Positions 50,784 through 60,466 of a stretch of DNA of 64,000 bases are shown one piece after another (the stretch's first letter is position 1; each line of letters begins with the position of its first letter). The position numbers were made by a program, and so were the translations under genes. The stretch is from an uncultured Bacteroidales bacterium (lineage in GTDB: Bacteria; Bacteroidota; Bacteroidia; Bacteroidales; Salinivirgaceae): the NCBI GenBank assembly GCA_964413185.1, contig CAYPSX010000001.1, forward strand, positions 2,883-66,882, read 5' to 3'. The notes under the pieces were generated by a model. The model did no database searches and was not told where the DNA came from. It worked only from the letters and a program-made list of their open reading frames with translations.

Positions 50784-50810
50784 GACGATCGTTTTATTAG
50801 AATGTTACAG
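50784..50810 (-). promoter_or_regulatory. ECF-type promoter CTGTAAC-N16-CGTC
   Basis: Minus strand reads CTGTAAC attctaataaaacgat CGTC, about 70 nt upstream of paralog A. Confidence 0.6.
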
Positions 50811-50892
50811 ATTCATAAAAAATTTGGTTAGTTAAAAAAAAATTTGTTATTTCAGTTTTTTAAACAATGCTTAATTGATAATTAAAATTATC

Positions 50893-52053
50893 ATGGAATC
50901 TATCCAAGGTCAACGACCAGCCCCAAAAATAAATGACGGTTCATTTTATAATTTTCAAAATCCTAAGTTTTTATCGGCTCATGCTATTGGCTTCTTTTTA
51001 AGGAATTTAAGCCTGACAAAAACTTATATTCGAATAATGCGACAGCAATATAAAGCGCATTTGTTACGTAAAAAACATAGTGAAAATGGGTTGAAGGTTC
51101 CTCCTATATTAATGCTGACAATTACTGCAAAGTGTAATCTCAATTGCACTGGTTGTTATCAAAAGTCAATTGATCACGAAAAGCATAAGGAGTTAACAGA
51201 CGAGAAAATAACCTCCATTTTGCAAGAAGCCAGGGAGTTGGGAACTACATTCGTTTTTATCCTGGGAGGAGAACCTTTCATGCGCGATTTAATCAGCCTT
51301 ACAAAACCATTCGGCGATATGACTTTTCTTGTGTACACCAATGGTACCCTGCTCAATAGTGATGTTATAAACCAAATAAAAAAACAACCTCAGATAATTC
51401 CTTTAATTAGCCTCGAAGGAGAAAAAGAAACAGAAAACAGGCGAGGAGCGGGGGTATACCAAAATGCACTTGAAGTATTTCGCCAACTTAAAAAGCGAAA
51501 AATTTTCTTTGGTCTGTCGGTTACTGTTACACGAAATAACTTCAGGGAGGTTTGCAATAACGAGTACATTAAAGAAATGGTAAAAAGAGGAAATAAAGTA
51601 TTCTCCTTTTTCGAGTATTTGCCTTTCAAGGAAAGTACAAGTGAAATGACCTTAACTGAGGAACAAAAACGCCTTTATTTTGATTTTATTTACAATTTCA
51701 GAAAAAAACATAATCAATTGATATTAAGTTCTGCGATTGAGCAATTTCATGGTGGCTGCATGGGAGCGGGCAATGGCCTGTTTCACATTAATTACAATGG
51801 TCAGGTAGAACCCTGTCCATTTGCGCCGTTTTCTGATATTTCTATACATAACCACTCTTTTAAACAATGTCTTGAATCCCCCTTATTCAAAAAAATACAA
51901 AAAAATCATATGTGGCTTGAAAACCGTAAAAAATGTCACAGTTGTACTTTATTTTACAATAGAGATATTATTAAAAGATTTGAAATTGAAGGCATGGCGG
52001 AAGTCCAAAGTAAAGAGGTTTCAAGTTTAAAAGAGGTAGAAGTACGCAAATAA
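50893..52053 (+). CDS. Radical SAM protein with a SPASM/twitch-like domain
   Basis: CNLNCTGC, LGGEP, YTNGTL and GCMGAG...VEPCPF motifs; likely start ATG 50893. Confidence 0.88.
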   Translation: MESIQGQRPAPKINDGSFYNFQNPKFLSAHAIGFFLRNLSLTKTYIRIMRQQYKAHLLRKKHSENGLKVPPILMLTITAKCNLNCTGCYQKSIDHEKHKELTDEKITSILQEARELGTTFVFILGGEPFMRDLISLTKPFGDMTFLVYTNGTLLNSDVINQIKKQPQIIPLISLEGEKETENRRGAGVYQNALEVFRQLKKRKIFFGLSVTVTRNNFREVCNNEYIKEMVKRGNKVFSFFEYLPFKESTSEMTLTEEQKRLYFDFIYNFRKKHNQLILSSAIEQFHGGCMGAGNGLFHINYNGQVEPCPFAPFSDISIHNHSFKQCLESPLFKKIQKNHMWLENRKKCHSCTLFYNRDIIKRFEIEGMAEVQSKEVSSLKEVEVRK

Positions 52054-52086
52054 TAAAAATTTTTCAGCTACAAAGCAATATTAGAT

Positions 52087-52371
52087 ATGAAACAAATTAA
52101 TGCAGCCATCCAGGTTCTCCCACAAGGCGTTGATGATGTTTATGCAGTGGTCGATTCAGCCATTGCTGTTATTGCCCAAAGCGGCGTTAAATATCGTGTT
52201 TGCCCGTTTGAAACAGTAATTGAAACCGACTGGAAAAATGCTATGCAAATTATTGAAGATGTAAAAAATGAAGTGCTGAAAAAGGCTCCCTCAACACTTA
52301 TCAACTTAAAGCTGCAAGCTGCTGCTGAAAAAGATGTAAGCATTGAGGAAAAGACCGGTAAGTATGATTAG
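52087..52371 (+). CDS. YkoF/MTH1187-type thiamine-binding protein family
   Basis: AAIQVLP...AVVDSAIAVIAQSGVKYRVCPFETVIE...EEKTGKY. Confidence 0.8.
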   Translation: MKQINAAIQVLPQGVDDVYAVVDSAIAVIAQSGVKYRVCPFETVIETDWKNAMQIIEDVKNEVLKKAPSTLINLKLQAAAEKDVSIEEKTGKYD

Positions 52372-52613
52372 TGCTTTAAAATAGATTGACTAAAACGGCT
52401 CTGATTGTTTTGCAATTCAACAATAAAAAAAGCAGCATTTTCTTTAAGTTTTGCTTCATATTTAAACCCGCACTCATAATTTCTTTGTTGAGGTTTTATT
52501 TGCGATGAAAAAACTTTTTTGCCGGCAGAATCATAAATATTCAAGTTAGTTGCGGTTTCCGGCGGGTTGGGTAGCTGAATATGAATTTTGTCGCGAAATG
52601 GCACCGGAGCTGT
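52368..52613 (-). pseudogene. Orphan T9SS C-terminal sorting domain, probable gene remnant
   Basis: TAPVPFRDKIHIQL...LNIYDSAGKKV...FFIVELQ resembles a CTD. It has no signal peptide or cargo domain, and the ilvE terminator lies immediately upstream. Confidence 0.45.
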
Positions 52614-52673
52614 AGATTTTATGCATTTGGAGAGTGATGGCTTTACCCTGAAAGAGGAGTTTTTGTAAAAGTC

Positions 52674-52708
52674 AAAAAAAAGAGGGTTAGGAAAACCAAC
52701 CCTCTTTT
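52674..52708 (-). terminator. Intrinsic terminator after ilvE
   Basis: AAAAGAGGGTT / AACCCTCTTTT stem with a long A run (U-tract on the minus strand). Confidence 0.8.
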
Positions 52709-52724
52709 CAATAATAGTGTTTTT

Positions 52725-53744
52725 TTATTCAATAATTGTAACCCAACCATGCGGATCTTCTTTGTCGCCATATTGAATTGCGCGTAATTCGTTGTAAAGT
52801 TTTTGGCTTACGGGGCCAACATTTCCGTCTTTTGAATATACATATTCGTGTTTTTCGTTGCGGTCTACAATTTTTCCGATAGGTGAAATTACGGCTGCTG
52901 TACCACATGCGCCGCACTCTTCAAAAGTTGAAAGTTCTTCAACGGGAATTGGACGCCTTTCTGCTTTCAGTCCCATATCTTCAGCCAACTGTATTAAGCA
53001 CTTATTGGTTATCGAAGGCAGAATTGAACTTGATTTGGGTGTTACGTAAGTATTGTCTTTGATGGCAAAAAAGTTGGCCGGGCCACATTCATCGATATAT
53101 TTTTTCTCTTTGGCATCAAGGTACAGTGCTGCTGCATATCCCTCATCGTGGGCACGCACACCTGACCTGAGTGATGCAGCATAATTACCACCAACTTTCA
53201 GTGTGCCGGTTCCAAGTGGCGCTGCACGGTCGGCATCGCGTACAATTTGCACACTTACCGGTTTAAAACCTTCTTTGAAATAGGGTCCAACAGGCATTAC
53301 AAAAATGGCGAAAGTGTATTCCGATGAGGGTTTTACTCCCACCTGAGCGCCTGAACCGAATAATACCGGCCTAATGTATAGTGAAGCTTCTGTTTCTCTC
53401 GGGGGCACATAATCTTTATTAAGTTCAATTACTTTAAAAAGCATTTCTTTGAATAGCTTTTCAGGAACCTTGGCCATCATTATTCCTTCTGCGGAGTTGG
53501 TGAGTCGTTTAAAGTTTTCATCCCAACGGAAGAGGCGGATTTTATTGTCTCTTCCGCGAAAAGCTTTCATACCTTCAAAAGCTTGTTGCCCGTAATGTAA
53601 ACCCGATGCGGCTATGCTTACATTGAGCATGTCGCTTTCACTTACTTCAATGTCGCTCCATTTTCCATCTTTATAATATGCACGCACATTGTAATCGGTT
53701 TTATAATAACCAAATCCGAGTTTGCTCCAATCTATATTTTTCAT
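52725..53744 (-). CDS. ilvE: Branched-chain amino acid aminotransferase
   Basis: LHYGQQAFEGMKA, LYIRP, KVGGNYA, ILPSIT and GTAAVISP motifs; TACATTTG promoter element at 53777-53784. Confidence 0.95.
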   Translation of the reverse strand: MKNIDWSKLGFGYYKTDYNVRAYYKDGKWSDIEVSESDMLNVSIAASGLHYGQQAFEGMKAFRGRDNKIRLFRWDENFKRLTNSAEGIMMAKVPEKLFKEMLFKVIELNKDYVPPRETEASLYIRPVLFGSGAQVGVKPSSEYTFAIFVMPVGPYFKEGFKPVSVQIVRDADRAAPLGTGTLKVGGNYAASLRSGVRAHDEGYAAALYLDAKEKKYIDECGPANFFAIKDNTYVTPKSSSILPSITNKCLIQLAEDMGLKAERRPIPVEELSTFEECGACGTAAVISPIGKIVDRNEKHEYVYSKDGNVGPVSQKLYNELRAIQYGDKEDPHGWVTIIE

Positions 53745-53967
53745 AATTTTTTTGTTTTATTTTATAACATTTCTCGCAAATGTAATCAAAAAGGGTGAAT
53801 TTTGCAATGACACTTTTATAGGATATTCCATGTTTGAGAACATTGATTAAGCTTGTTTAATTAAAACACAATTTCATTGATAATAAGCACTATAATTAAT
53901 TTTAGCTTGTAAAAAAACGAGCTTTGGGGGGGTAATAGAAGCAAACCATTTGTATTCGGGCTCTGCT

Positions 53968-53996
53968 AAAAAAAAAGCAGGATACGCATCCTGCTT
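53968..53996 (-). terminator. Intrinsic terminator after the USP gene
   Basis: Perfect stem AAGCAGGAT-acgc-ATCCTGCTT with a 9-nt A run. Confidence 0.85.
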
Positions 53997-54031
53997 ATGT
54001 ATTTTATGCTAAAATATTTTGAATTCGGATA

Positions 54032-54874
54032 TTAAATAAAGCTGGAATATTTCGATAAATCTGCCCTTGGGGGAATACACATAACAGGTGTGTCAAATGA
54101 TTCGTTATTTTTTCCACCCAGCCATTTCAAATAATATTTTGCTGTCATCATGATAATATCGGCTTCAATGATTTGGCCAAATTTGAATATGGCGTCTTTA
54201 AAATGTTCTTTCTTTTTGGCGGTTTTTACACCGTAAACGATTTTTTGTTTATCGAGCATTTTTTTAGTGAAATACACATTATTTGCCAGTTCTTTTTTTC
54301 TGTACTCGTCTGTTAGGAAGGGCTTCATCAAGTTGATGTTGCATCGGTAGTAATTGGCCATGTAAATAATCCAGGCGAGTGATTCGCGGTAACGCCTGTC
54401 GTCATCAATAGGCACAACAATTTCTTTGTAATAATCGTGGGCGGGTGGTTGTTCAACAATAACAAATGGAATAAAGGCACCTTTCAGAATTTTAAGAAAA
54501 TCTCTTACACTCAAGGTGTTTTTATTTCCCTCCACCGCACGGAACATCACCATCAGGTTGGCATTTACTGTGTGAATTACTTCTGTGGCAATTTGTTTGG
54601 CCTTACCCTGGCGCACAAAAGCCCGGCATTCCAGTCCAAAATCCTGGCTTATTTTTTCTGCTTTTGCAGTAAGATCCTTTTCAATTTTGGCAAGCTCTTC
54701 ATCGCTTAGTTTTTTGCTTCTATTTCCAAATATCCCACCTCTAATATTATTGAGATATAAAAGTGCGATACCGTTATTTACAACCTTGGCAAGCTGTACA
54801 GCATGCTTGAGGGCTATTTCTGAACCTTCTGAAAAATCCCACGGTATTACTATGTATTTCTTTTTTGCATTCAT
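54032..54874 (-). CDS. Universal stress protein, tandem USP domains
   Basis: IVIPWDFSEGSEIALKHAVQLA; second domain YKEIVVPID. Confidence 0.8.
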   Translation of the reverse strand: MNAKKKYIVIPWDFSEGSEIALKHAVQLAKVVNNGIALLYLNNIRGGIFGNRSKKLSDEELAKIEKDLTAKAEKISQDFGLECRAFVRQGKAKQIATEVIHTVNANLMVMFRAVEGNKNTLSVRDFLKILKGAFIPFVIVEQPPAHDYYKEIVVPIDDDRRYRESLAWIIYMANYYRCNINLMKPFLTDEYRKKELANNVYFTKKMLDKQKIVYGVKTAKKKEHFKDAIFKFGQIIEADIIMMTAKYYLKWLGGKNNESFDTPVMCIPPRADLSKYSSFI

Positions 54875-54922
54875 AGAATTCGCATTTCTAATGGGTAAAT
54901 CTACGACTTTTTTTCAAAATAT

Positions 54923-56695
54923 CTATTTTTTTAATTGTTTACGAATGTTTTCGAGCTGCTTTTTTTTGTTAACATCACGTAGTTTCTTAGCAGTGTCGGT
55001 AAAATATTGATGACTGCCAATAAATTTTATTTGAATTTGGTTCCATTTGTCGTAGTCATCTTCAATAAAATTGAATTCTACAAGTTCCTTGAACAATGTT
55101 TCAGATACCGGAATAAAATCGGCCCGGCCAAGGTAATCCAGATCGGCATCGCAAATAATTTTTTCGATTTTATTCTTCGGATTAGGAGGTAATTTTGTTG
55201 CATAAATAAGATCTTCAACAGCCTCAATTTGTTTTTCGCTATAATGGAATCGAGGCAACATCTCACGGGCTATTTTAATTCCGAGCAATTCGTGGTCTTT
55301 GTAGCCACGTGTAAAACCGCTATCGTGAAACAATGCTGCCGTTTTTAAAATAAGCATATCGTGTTCGGAAATTTCTTCTTGTCTTCCAATAAGCTCTACT
55401 TGTGTAACTACATCTATGGTGTGTTTGATATTGTGATAATAAAGATTTGATGGAAGTTTTCTTTCAAGCAGGTCCATCACTTCCTCTTCAAGATCGTCGA
55501 AGCGAATGAAGGCGAGTTTGGTGTAAAAGTCTTTATTGGGTGTAAGTTCTAGCTTGGGTTCGGAAAGATTGGGACGGAAGTTTTCAATGAAATACATATC
55601 TACATCGCCGCGGTATTTTACGGGCATGCGTCCGTGATAATTGCACAGGAAGTAGTCGCGAATAAGTTCGTATGTATTTCCGCTTATATTGATTTTTCCT
55701 ATTTCTCCGGATGATTCCATGCGGCTGGCTATATTCACGGTTTCGCCCCAAATATCGTACGATTGCTTTTTGAATCCGTCTTTTCCGGCGAAAACAGGGC
55801 CGGTATGAATACCAATTCTTAATCCCCAAATACGATTCTTTGTATCAGGATACTTGGTTTTAAGTTCGTTGATGTATTTTTGCATTTCTACGGCTGCAAG
55901 AACTACTTCAATGGGGTTGGTGCGATTTTTCTTTGGTATGCCGCCTGCACACATGTAGGTGTCGCCAACGGTTTTTATTTTTTGAATGTTGTATTTTTTA
56001 ACCGTCTGGTCGAATTTAAAAAAGAATTTATCCAGGTCATCGACCAGTTTGTCGGGATTGTCTTTCGAAGTAAGCTTGCTAAAGCCTGATACATCGGAGA
56101 AAAGTACGGTAACCATTTTGTACCGTTTCGATTTTCCGTGTGCTTTGAGCTGTTCAGCCTCTTCTTTTGGAAGTCTTTCGGCTAGTTTTTCTTCGTAGGA
56201 CTGCCGTTGCTCAATCATTCGTTCGGTGGTATTTTGCAGGCGCAATTCCAGATCGAGCCGCTCAACGGAAAAGCGGTATTTGAAATACCGAACAATGGTC
56301 CAGATTATTGAAAGCAGTGTTAGTACGGCAAAAACCCAAAACCAGGGCGTTGGTAGTTCACGGCTTGATATTCGAATTTTTTCTTCTTTTATGGAGCCGT
56401 TGGCAAAACGTATGAATAATTTATGCTCAGCCGGCGCTGCTGTGGAGAAACGGATTATCCCGTTCCGGGTTTTGTGCCACACGGTATCATTATCGAAATG
56501 ATACATGGCGTTATGAGGTATGCCGATTTCCAACAATAAGCTATCGCTTTCCAGTATCTCAATTTCACTTGAAGAGCTTCCTGTAACGAAAATTTTATAC
56601 TGGTCATTGCCCGTGGTTGTTCCAACCAGCGCCAGTATAAAAACCCATATTGCTGTAATCTTTTTCACTTTAATCCGGGAATTTAAGACGAACAT
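54923..56695 (-). CDS. Membrane-anchored class III adenylate cyclase fused to an HD-domain hydrolase
   Basis: TM helix; cyclase motifs LFSDVSGF, KTVGDTYM, IGIHTGPV and YDIWGETVNIASRMES; HD motifs YHNIKHT, LFHDSG and ICDADL. Confidence 0.88.
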   Translation of the reverse strand: MFVLNSRIKVKKITAIWVFILALVGTTTGNDQYKIFVTGSSSSEIEILESDSLLLEIGIPHNAMYHFDNDTVWHKTRNGIIRFSTAAPAEHKLFIRFANGSIKEEKIRISSRELPTPWFWVFAVLTLLSIIWTIVRYFKYRFSVERLDLELRLQNTTERMIEQRQSYEEKLAERLPKEEAEQLKAHGKSKRYKMVTVLFSDVSGFSKLTSKDNPDKLVDDLDKFFFKFDQTVKKYNIQKIKTVGDTYMCAGGIPKKNRTNPIEVVLAAVEMQKYINELKTKYPDTKNRIWGLRIGIHTGPVFAGKDGFKKQSYDIWGETVNIASRMESSGEIGKINISGNTYELIRDYFLCNYHGRMPVKYRGDVDMYFIENFRPNLSEPKLELTPNKDFYTKLAFIRFDDLEEEVMDLLERKLPSNLYYHNIKHTIDVVTQVELIGRQEEISEHDMLILKTAALFHDSGFTRGYKDHELLGIKIAREMLPRFHYSEKQIEAVEDLIYATKLPPNPKNKIEKIICDADLDYLGRADFIPVSETLFKELVEFNFIEDDYDKWNQIQIKFIGSHQYFTDTAKKLRDVNKKKQLENIRKQLKK

Positions 56696-56710
56696 TACAA
56701 AAACCCAAAT

Positions 56711-57880
56711 TTATTTGGTTTTTTGCTCTTTTTTCAATGCAATACGTATAGTCGTTCCTTTTTCCGGTTCCGACCATTTGACAAATATTTTGCCTTTGTG
56801 ATACTGATTAATGATACGTTTACTTAGCGACAATCCAAGTCCCCAACCGCGTTGCTTGGTAGTAATGCCGGGTTGAAATATGCGTTTTTGCTTGCGGCGC
56901 GGTATACCTTTTCCGTTATCTGTAATATCAATTACAATGTGTTTCTTTTCGTCTTCAACAACAATTTCTATCAATCCTTTTCCCGGAAGGGCATCAACCG
57001 CATTGCGCAGTACATTTTCAATTACCCACGTAAATAATGCTTTGTTCAGGGGAACTTCATAAGTTTTGTCTATTTTACGTGTGTAATTGATTTTGATGCT
57101 GTTTGATGTACGTCTTTCCATGTATTTTACGGAATCCTGAATAACCGGATGAAGGCTGACGGGTTTTAATATCGGATGTGCACCTACTTTTGAAAATCGT
57201 TCCACAATTGTTTCGAGACGGCTGAGGTCTTGCTGCATTTCTCCGGCATATTCGTGGCATTTTTGTTCTGCTTTCATGAGTTCTACCCAGGCAATAAGCG
57301 AAGAAATTGGTGTGCCCAGTTGGTGGGCTGTTTCTTTCGACATACCAACCCATACGCGATTTTGTTCTGCGCGCCTTGAAGAACTAAACGCCATGTAGGC
57401 CATGAGCATAAACAATCCAAAAATGGCGAGCTGCACAAAAGGAAACCAAAAGAGCATATTTAGCAGCGTGCTGTCATCGTAGTAAACCCGGCGTTCTATT
57501 TTACCGCCGAGCAAATCAATGATAACCGGGTCGTGCGTTTTTTTCATATCTGCCAGGCGCCGCCTGATATAGGTTGAATCGTCTACGCGGTTGGGGTTCA
57601 GGTTTTTATGCGAAATAATGCTGTCGTTTTCATCGGTGAGAATAACCGGAATATTTTCATTTTTGGTGATTACTTCTGAAACGAATGTTAAATCTTCGTT
57701 GATGTTTGTGGTTTGAGCAAAGCGCCGGGTGGCCTCTGCATATAGCTCTACTCTTTCGCGTTCTTGTTCCGATAGTTTATCCACAAGATAGTTGGAGTAC
57801 CATAGACTCAAGATACTGATTAGTATGGCTGCGCTAATGATTCCTATTTTATAACTGCGTTTATGTGTGTAAATGTTCAT
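56711..57880 (-). CDS. Sensor histidine kinase
   Basis: Two TM helices; ETAHQLGTP, ENVLRNAVDA, DNGKGI and GWGLGLSL motifs. Confidence 0.92.
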   Translation of the reverse strand: MNIYTHKRSYKIGIISAAILISILSLWYSNYLVDKLSEQERERVELYAEATRRFAQTTNINEDLTFVSEVITKNENIPVILTDENDSIISHKNLNPNRVDDSTYIRRRLADMKKTHDPVIIDLLGGKIERRVYYDDSTLLNMLFWFPFVQLAIFGLFMLMAYMAFSSSRRAEQNRVWVGMSKETAHQLGTPISSLIAWVELMKAEQKCHEYAGEMQQDLSRLETIVERFSKVGAHPILKPVSLHPVIQDSVKYMERRTSNSIKINYTRKIDKTYEVPLNKALFTWVIENVLRNAVDALPGKGLIEIVVEDEKKHIVIDITDNGKGIPRRKQKRIFQPGITTKQRGWGLGLSLSKRIINQYHKGKIFVKWSEPEKGTTIRIALKKEQKTK

Positions 57881-57903
57881 CCGTTTGTTTATTTTTGACT
57901 GGT

Positions 57904-60273
57904 TTACATGTCGTCGAATTCAATTTGGAATTTCTTTTTGCCTGGTTTGTTTTCAGCGGGCTCCGGTTCTATCTTCTTGCGTTTAACTTCTTTGAAAGAT
58001 ACTTTATAATCTTCATCCGTTCCTTTTATATCAACGGCTACCATCATCTTGTTATTTTTCTCCCAGGCAAAAGTATTTTTATGCTTTTGCCTTAATTTTT
58101 TGAACAGCACATCAGCCAGGCCCACGGAAAGCTGATAGTCCATAGCATTGTTGAAGGTGTGTGTCCCGCTAAGGTCAAGGTCAATGGCTGAGGATTTGAT
58201 TTCCATGAACGGAATTTTTACGGTTTGGTCGATGATGGTTATTTGGTTTTGCAGTTTATCAAATTGCACATGCTTGAGCTCCTCAACGGAGATGTAACCG
58301 GCCAGTTTTTGAAGTGTTTCATAATTATTGAGTTGCCCGTTTTCAATTAAAATGTCGCTCCAGAGGTAAATTGAGGCCGGACGAACATCAAACTCCGGAG
58401 TAAAAACAAATTCTGAGCGCACCTGTGCCGTAAGTTTTCCGGCTATATGGCGGGCTTTAATTTCTGATTGTCCAAAATTGTTGAACTGATCAAATACTTC
58501 TGAAACTTCAACTTGCTTAAGTTTACCGTTCATCTGTACAAACCACTCATTGTTGGCTTGTTGCACCAGTTTACCTTCGGCACGGACTGTTCCTTGCGCG
58601 GTTTCCATAAACAAAGCGGGCATTTCAATGCGCCTGCCAAATTTGTTTATTTCTGCACTGAAGTTTTTTGCGTTGAATTTATTTTGAACTAACTCCGTTA
58701 TTTCTGCTACTATTTGCAGACGAATGTTGTCGGTAAGTTGAAATGGATTGCCGGGAGTGTTCTCTTCTGAAATAAGCAGGTATTCGTTAAGATTAAAATG
58801 AGAGGCTTTGACGTTGCCTTTGATTTTAAGGGGTTGATTTTCTAATAAATAATTGAAAATGCTGCTAACCTCGCCATTAAAGGCCAATTTGTTCTTGTTG
58901 AATGTGCCATTGAGATTTTTGATCAATATTTTTTCCGGCGTAACATTCATGTTACTATTGAGTTGCCTGATGCTGAAATTATTATCGCGAATATCTAAAC
59001 CAACATTTTGCAAACCAACTTCTCCCTCTTTAAAAAATGATGATATTTCGGTTCCCGGGGCTAAACGGCCATCAACTTGTGCCTGGCCGACAACAATGCC
59101 GGTTATGTTGGTTACGGGCAGTTTTTCCAAATCGGATTGCCAGTCAACCAGGTTTAAACTAAAAGATGTTATGCCACGCACATATTGTTGAGGATAACGG
59201 AAACTACCTTCGAAATGTAGATTGGAGTTGGCATGTAATGCATCAAAACGATCAAAATTAATCAGGGTATTTTTGCCATCGTTTGTCAGTTGACCGTCCA
59301 TTTTTAAAGAAACCCGTTTTTTAAGATACTCTATGTCAGGGTTCCCTTTAAATACAGCATGAATTTGCCAGGTGTTTTTGCCGGCAAAATAATCAAAGCT
59401 TTTTATAAATAATGCTCCGCCTATCAGCTTAAACTGATTGATTTTTTCTTTTCTGAGGAATTTATTTATCGTTGATGTTTGGATTTTAATCTCGCCACTT
59501 TTTACTACCATTGTTTCATCCGGCAGGTTATAGCTTCCCTGCACCTCGGCGGAGAAGTTTTCTGCGCGCAGTTCTCCATTCCATTGAAAAAAACCGTTGG
59601 CGGAGCGGGATATGTTGCCATTCCACGAGTACGTTGAAAAATAGTTGTATCGGGTGGGAATGAGGTTAGTTTTTGCCAGTTTAAGCTGTACATTGAGGTT
59701 GAAAGTATTTGCATTGAGCATGCCCTCAATGTTTGCCGAAATTATTTCATTTTGGTAAAAATCATTTGAACGGTCATCTTTATAATTAACCTGTACATTC
59801 TCCAGTTCAAACGCATCTATTTGGAAATCTTTTTGGGCTTTTTTGGTGGCTGATGGTTCGGGAGGAAAAATATCGTAATTGTTTCTTCCATGTCGGTCTG
59901 TTGCAAGTGTAATGAAACCGTTGACAACGCTTAAGCGACTTATTTTTGGTGTTTGGCTCACCAGGGTTCTAACGTTCAAATCAAAAAACAAATGTTGGGC
60001 AAACAATAGTGTATCGGCTTCTGTGCCGGAATATTCAACAGAACTGTGCACCACTACATCCTGAAATTTGACACTAATACTTGGGAAGCGTTCCCAAAAC
60101 GACATGCTCACTTCGCCAACATCTATTTTTGTATCAACTTTACGGTTGATTTCATTAATGAGCACATCGACAATTTTATCCTGGTTCAGGTAAAAATAGC
60201 CTACAAAGCCGATCATTAAAATGATCAACCCCAAAAAAATTCCCGTAAAAACCTGAAAAAATATCTTCTTCAT
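57904..60273 (-). CDS. AsmA family protein
   Basis: N-terminal TM anchor, long beta-rich body, IKSSAIDLDLSGTHTFNNAMDY C-terminal region. Confidence 0.75.
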   Translation of the reverse strand: MKKIFFQVFTGIFLGLIILMIGFVGYFYLNQDKIVDVLINEINRKVDTKIDVGEVSMSFWERFPSISVKFQDVVVHSSVEYSGTEADTLLFAQHLFFDLNVRTLVSQTPKISRLSVVNGFITLATDRHGRNNYDIFPPEPSATKKAQKDFQIDAFELENVQVNYKDDRSNDFYQNEIISANIEGMLNANTFNLNVQLKLAKTNLIPTRYNYFSTYSWNGNISRSANGFFQWNGELRAENFSAEVQGSYNLPDETMVVKSGEIKIQTSTINKFLRKEKINQFKLIGGALFIKSFDYFAGKNTWQIHAVFKGNPDIEYLKKRVSLKMDGQLTNDGKNTLINFDRFDALHANSNLHFEGSFRYPQQYVRGITSFSLNLVDWQSDLEKLPVTNITGIVVGQAQVDGRLAPGTEISSFFKEGEVGLQNVGLDIRDNNFSIRQLNSNMNVTPEKILIKNLNGTFNKNKLAFNGEVSSIFNYLLENQPLKIKGNVKASHFNLNEYLLISEENTPGNPFQLTDNIRLQIVAEITELVQNKFNAKNFSAEINKFGRRIEMPALFMETAQGTVRAEGKLVQQANNEWFVQMNGKLKQVEVSEVFDQFNNFGQSEIKARHIAGKLTAQVRSEFVFTPEFDVRPASIYLWSDILIENGQLNNYETLQKLAGYISVEELKHVQFDKLQNQITIIDQTVKIPFMEIKSSAIDLDLSGTHTFNNAMDYQLSVGLADVLFKKLRQKHKNTFAWEKNNKMMVAVDIKGTDEDYKVSFKEVKRKKIEPEPAENKPGKKKFQIEFDDM

Positions 60274-60413
60274 CTTTTTTTAATGATGATTTTATTGTGC
60301 CCGTAACTTACTGATTATTCAGCTAAATTAATCAATTCAACTGAAACACTCAGTTAGAAACAGGTAAATAAAGAACGTGTATAATAAAAATTTATGTTGA
60401 AATTTAGTTAAAT

Positions 60414-60442
60414 AAAAAAGGCTGCCTCGAAAAGAGACAGCC
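60414..60442 (-). terminator. Intrinsic terminator
   Basis: Minus strand reads GGCTGTCTC-ttttc-GAGGCAGCC followed by TTTTTT. Confidence 0.75.
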
Positions 60443-60466
60443 CGTACTGAGGTTTTCCATTGCCTG

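Noticed and set aside
48138-53895. Identical 13-mer ATAAGCACTATAA at 48138-48150 (minus) and 53883-53895 (plus)
   Set aside because: It is AT-rich and occurs only twice in unrelated contexts, which is plausible by chance.
54923-56695. Pycsar/CBASS-type anti-phage cyclase
   Set aside because: It has ATP-specifying residues, a membrane sensor-like N-terminus and housekeeping-like neighbours, and no TIR or TM effector is adjacent.
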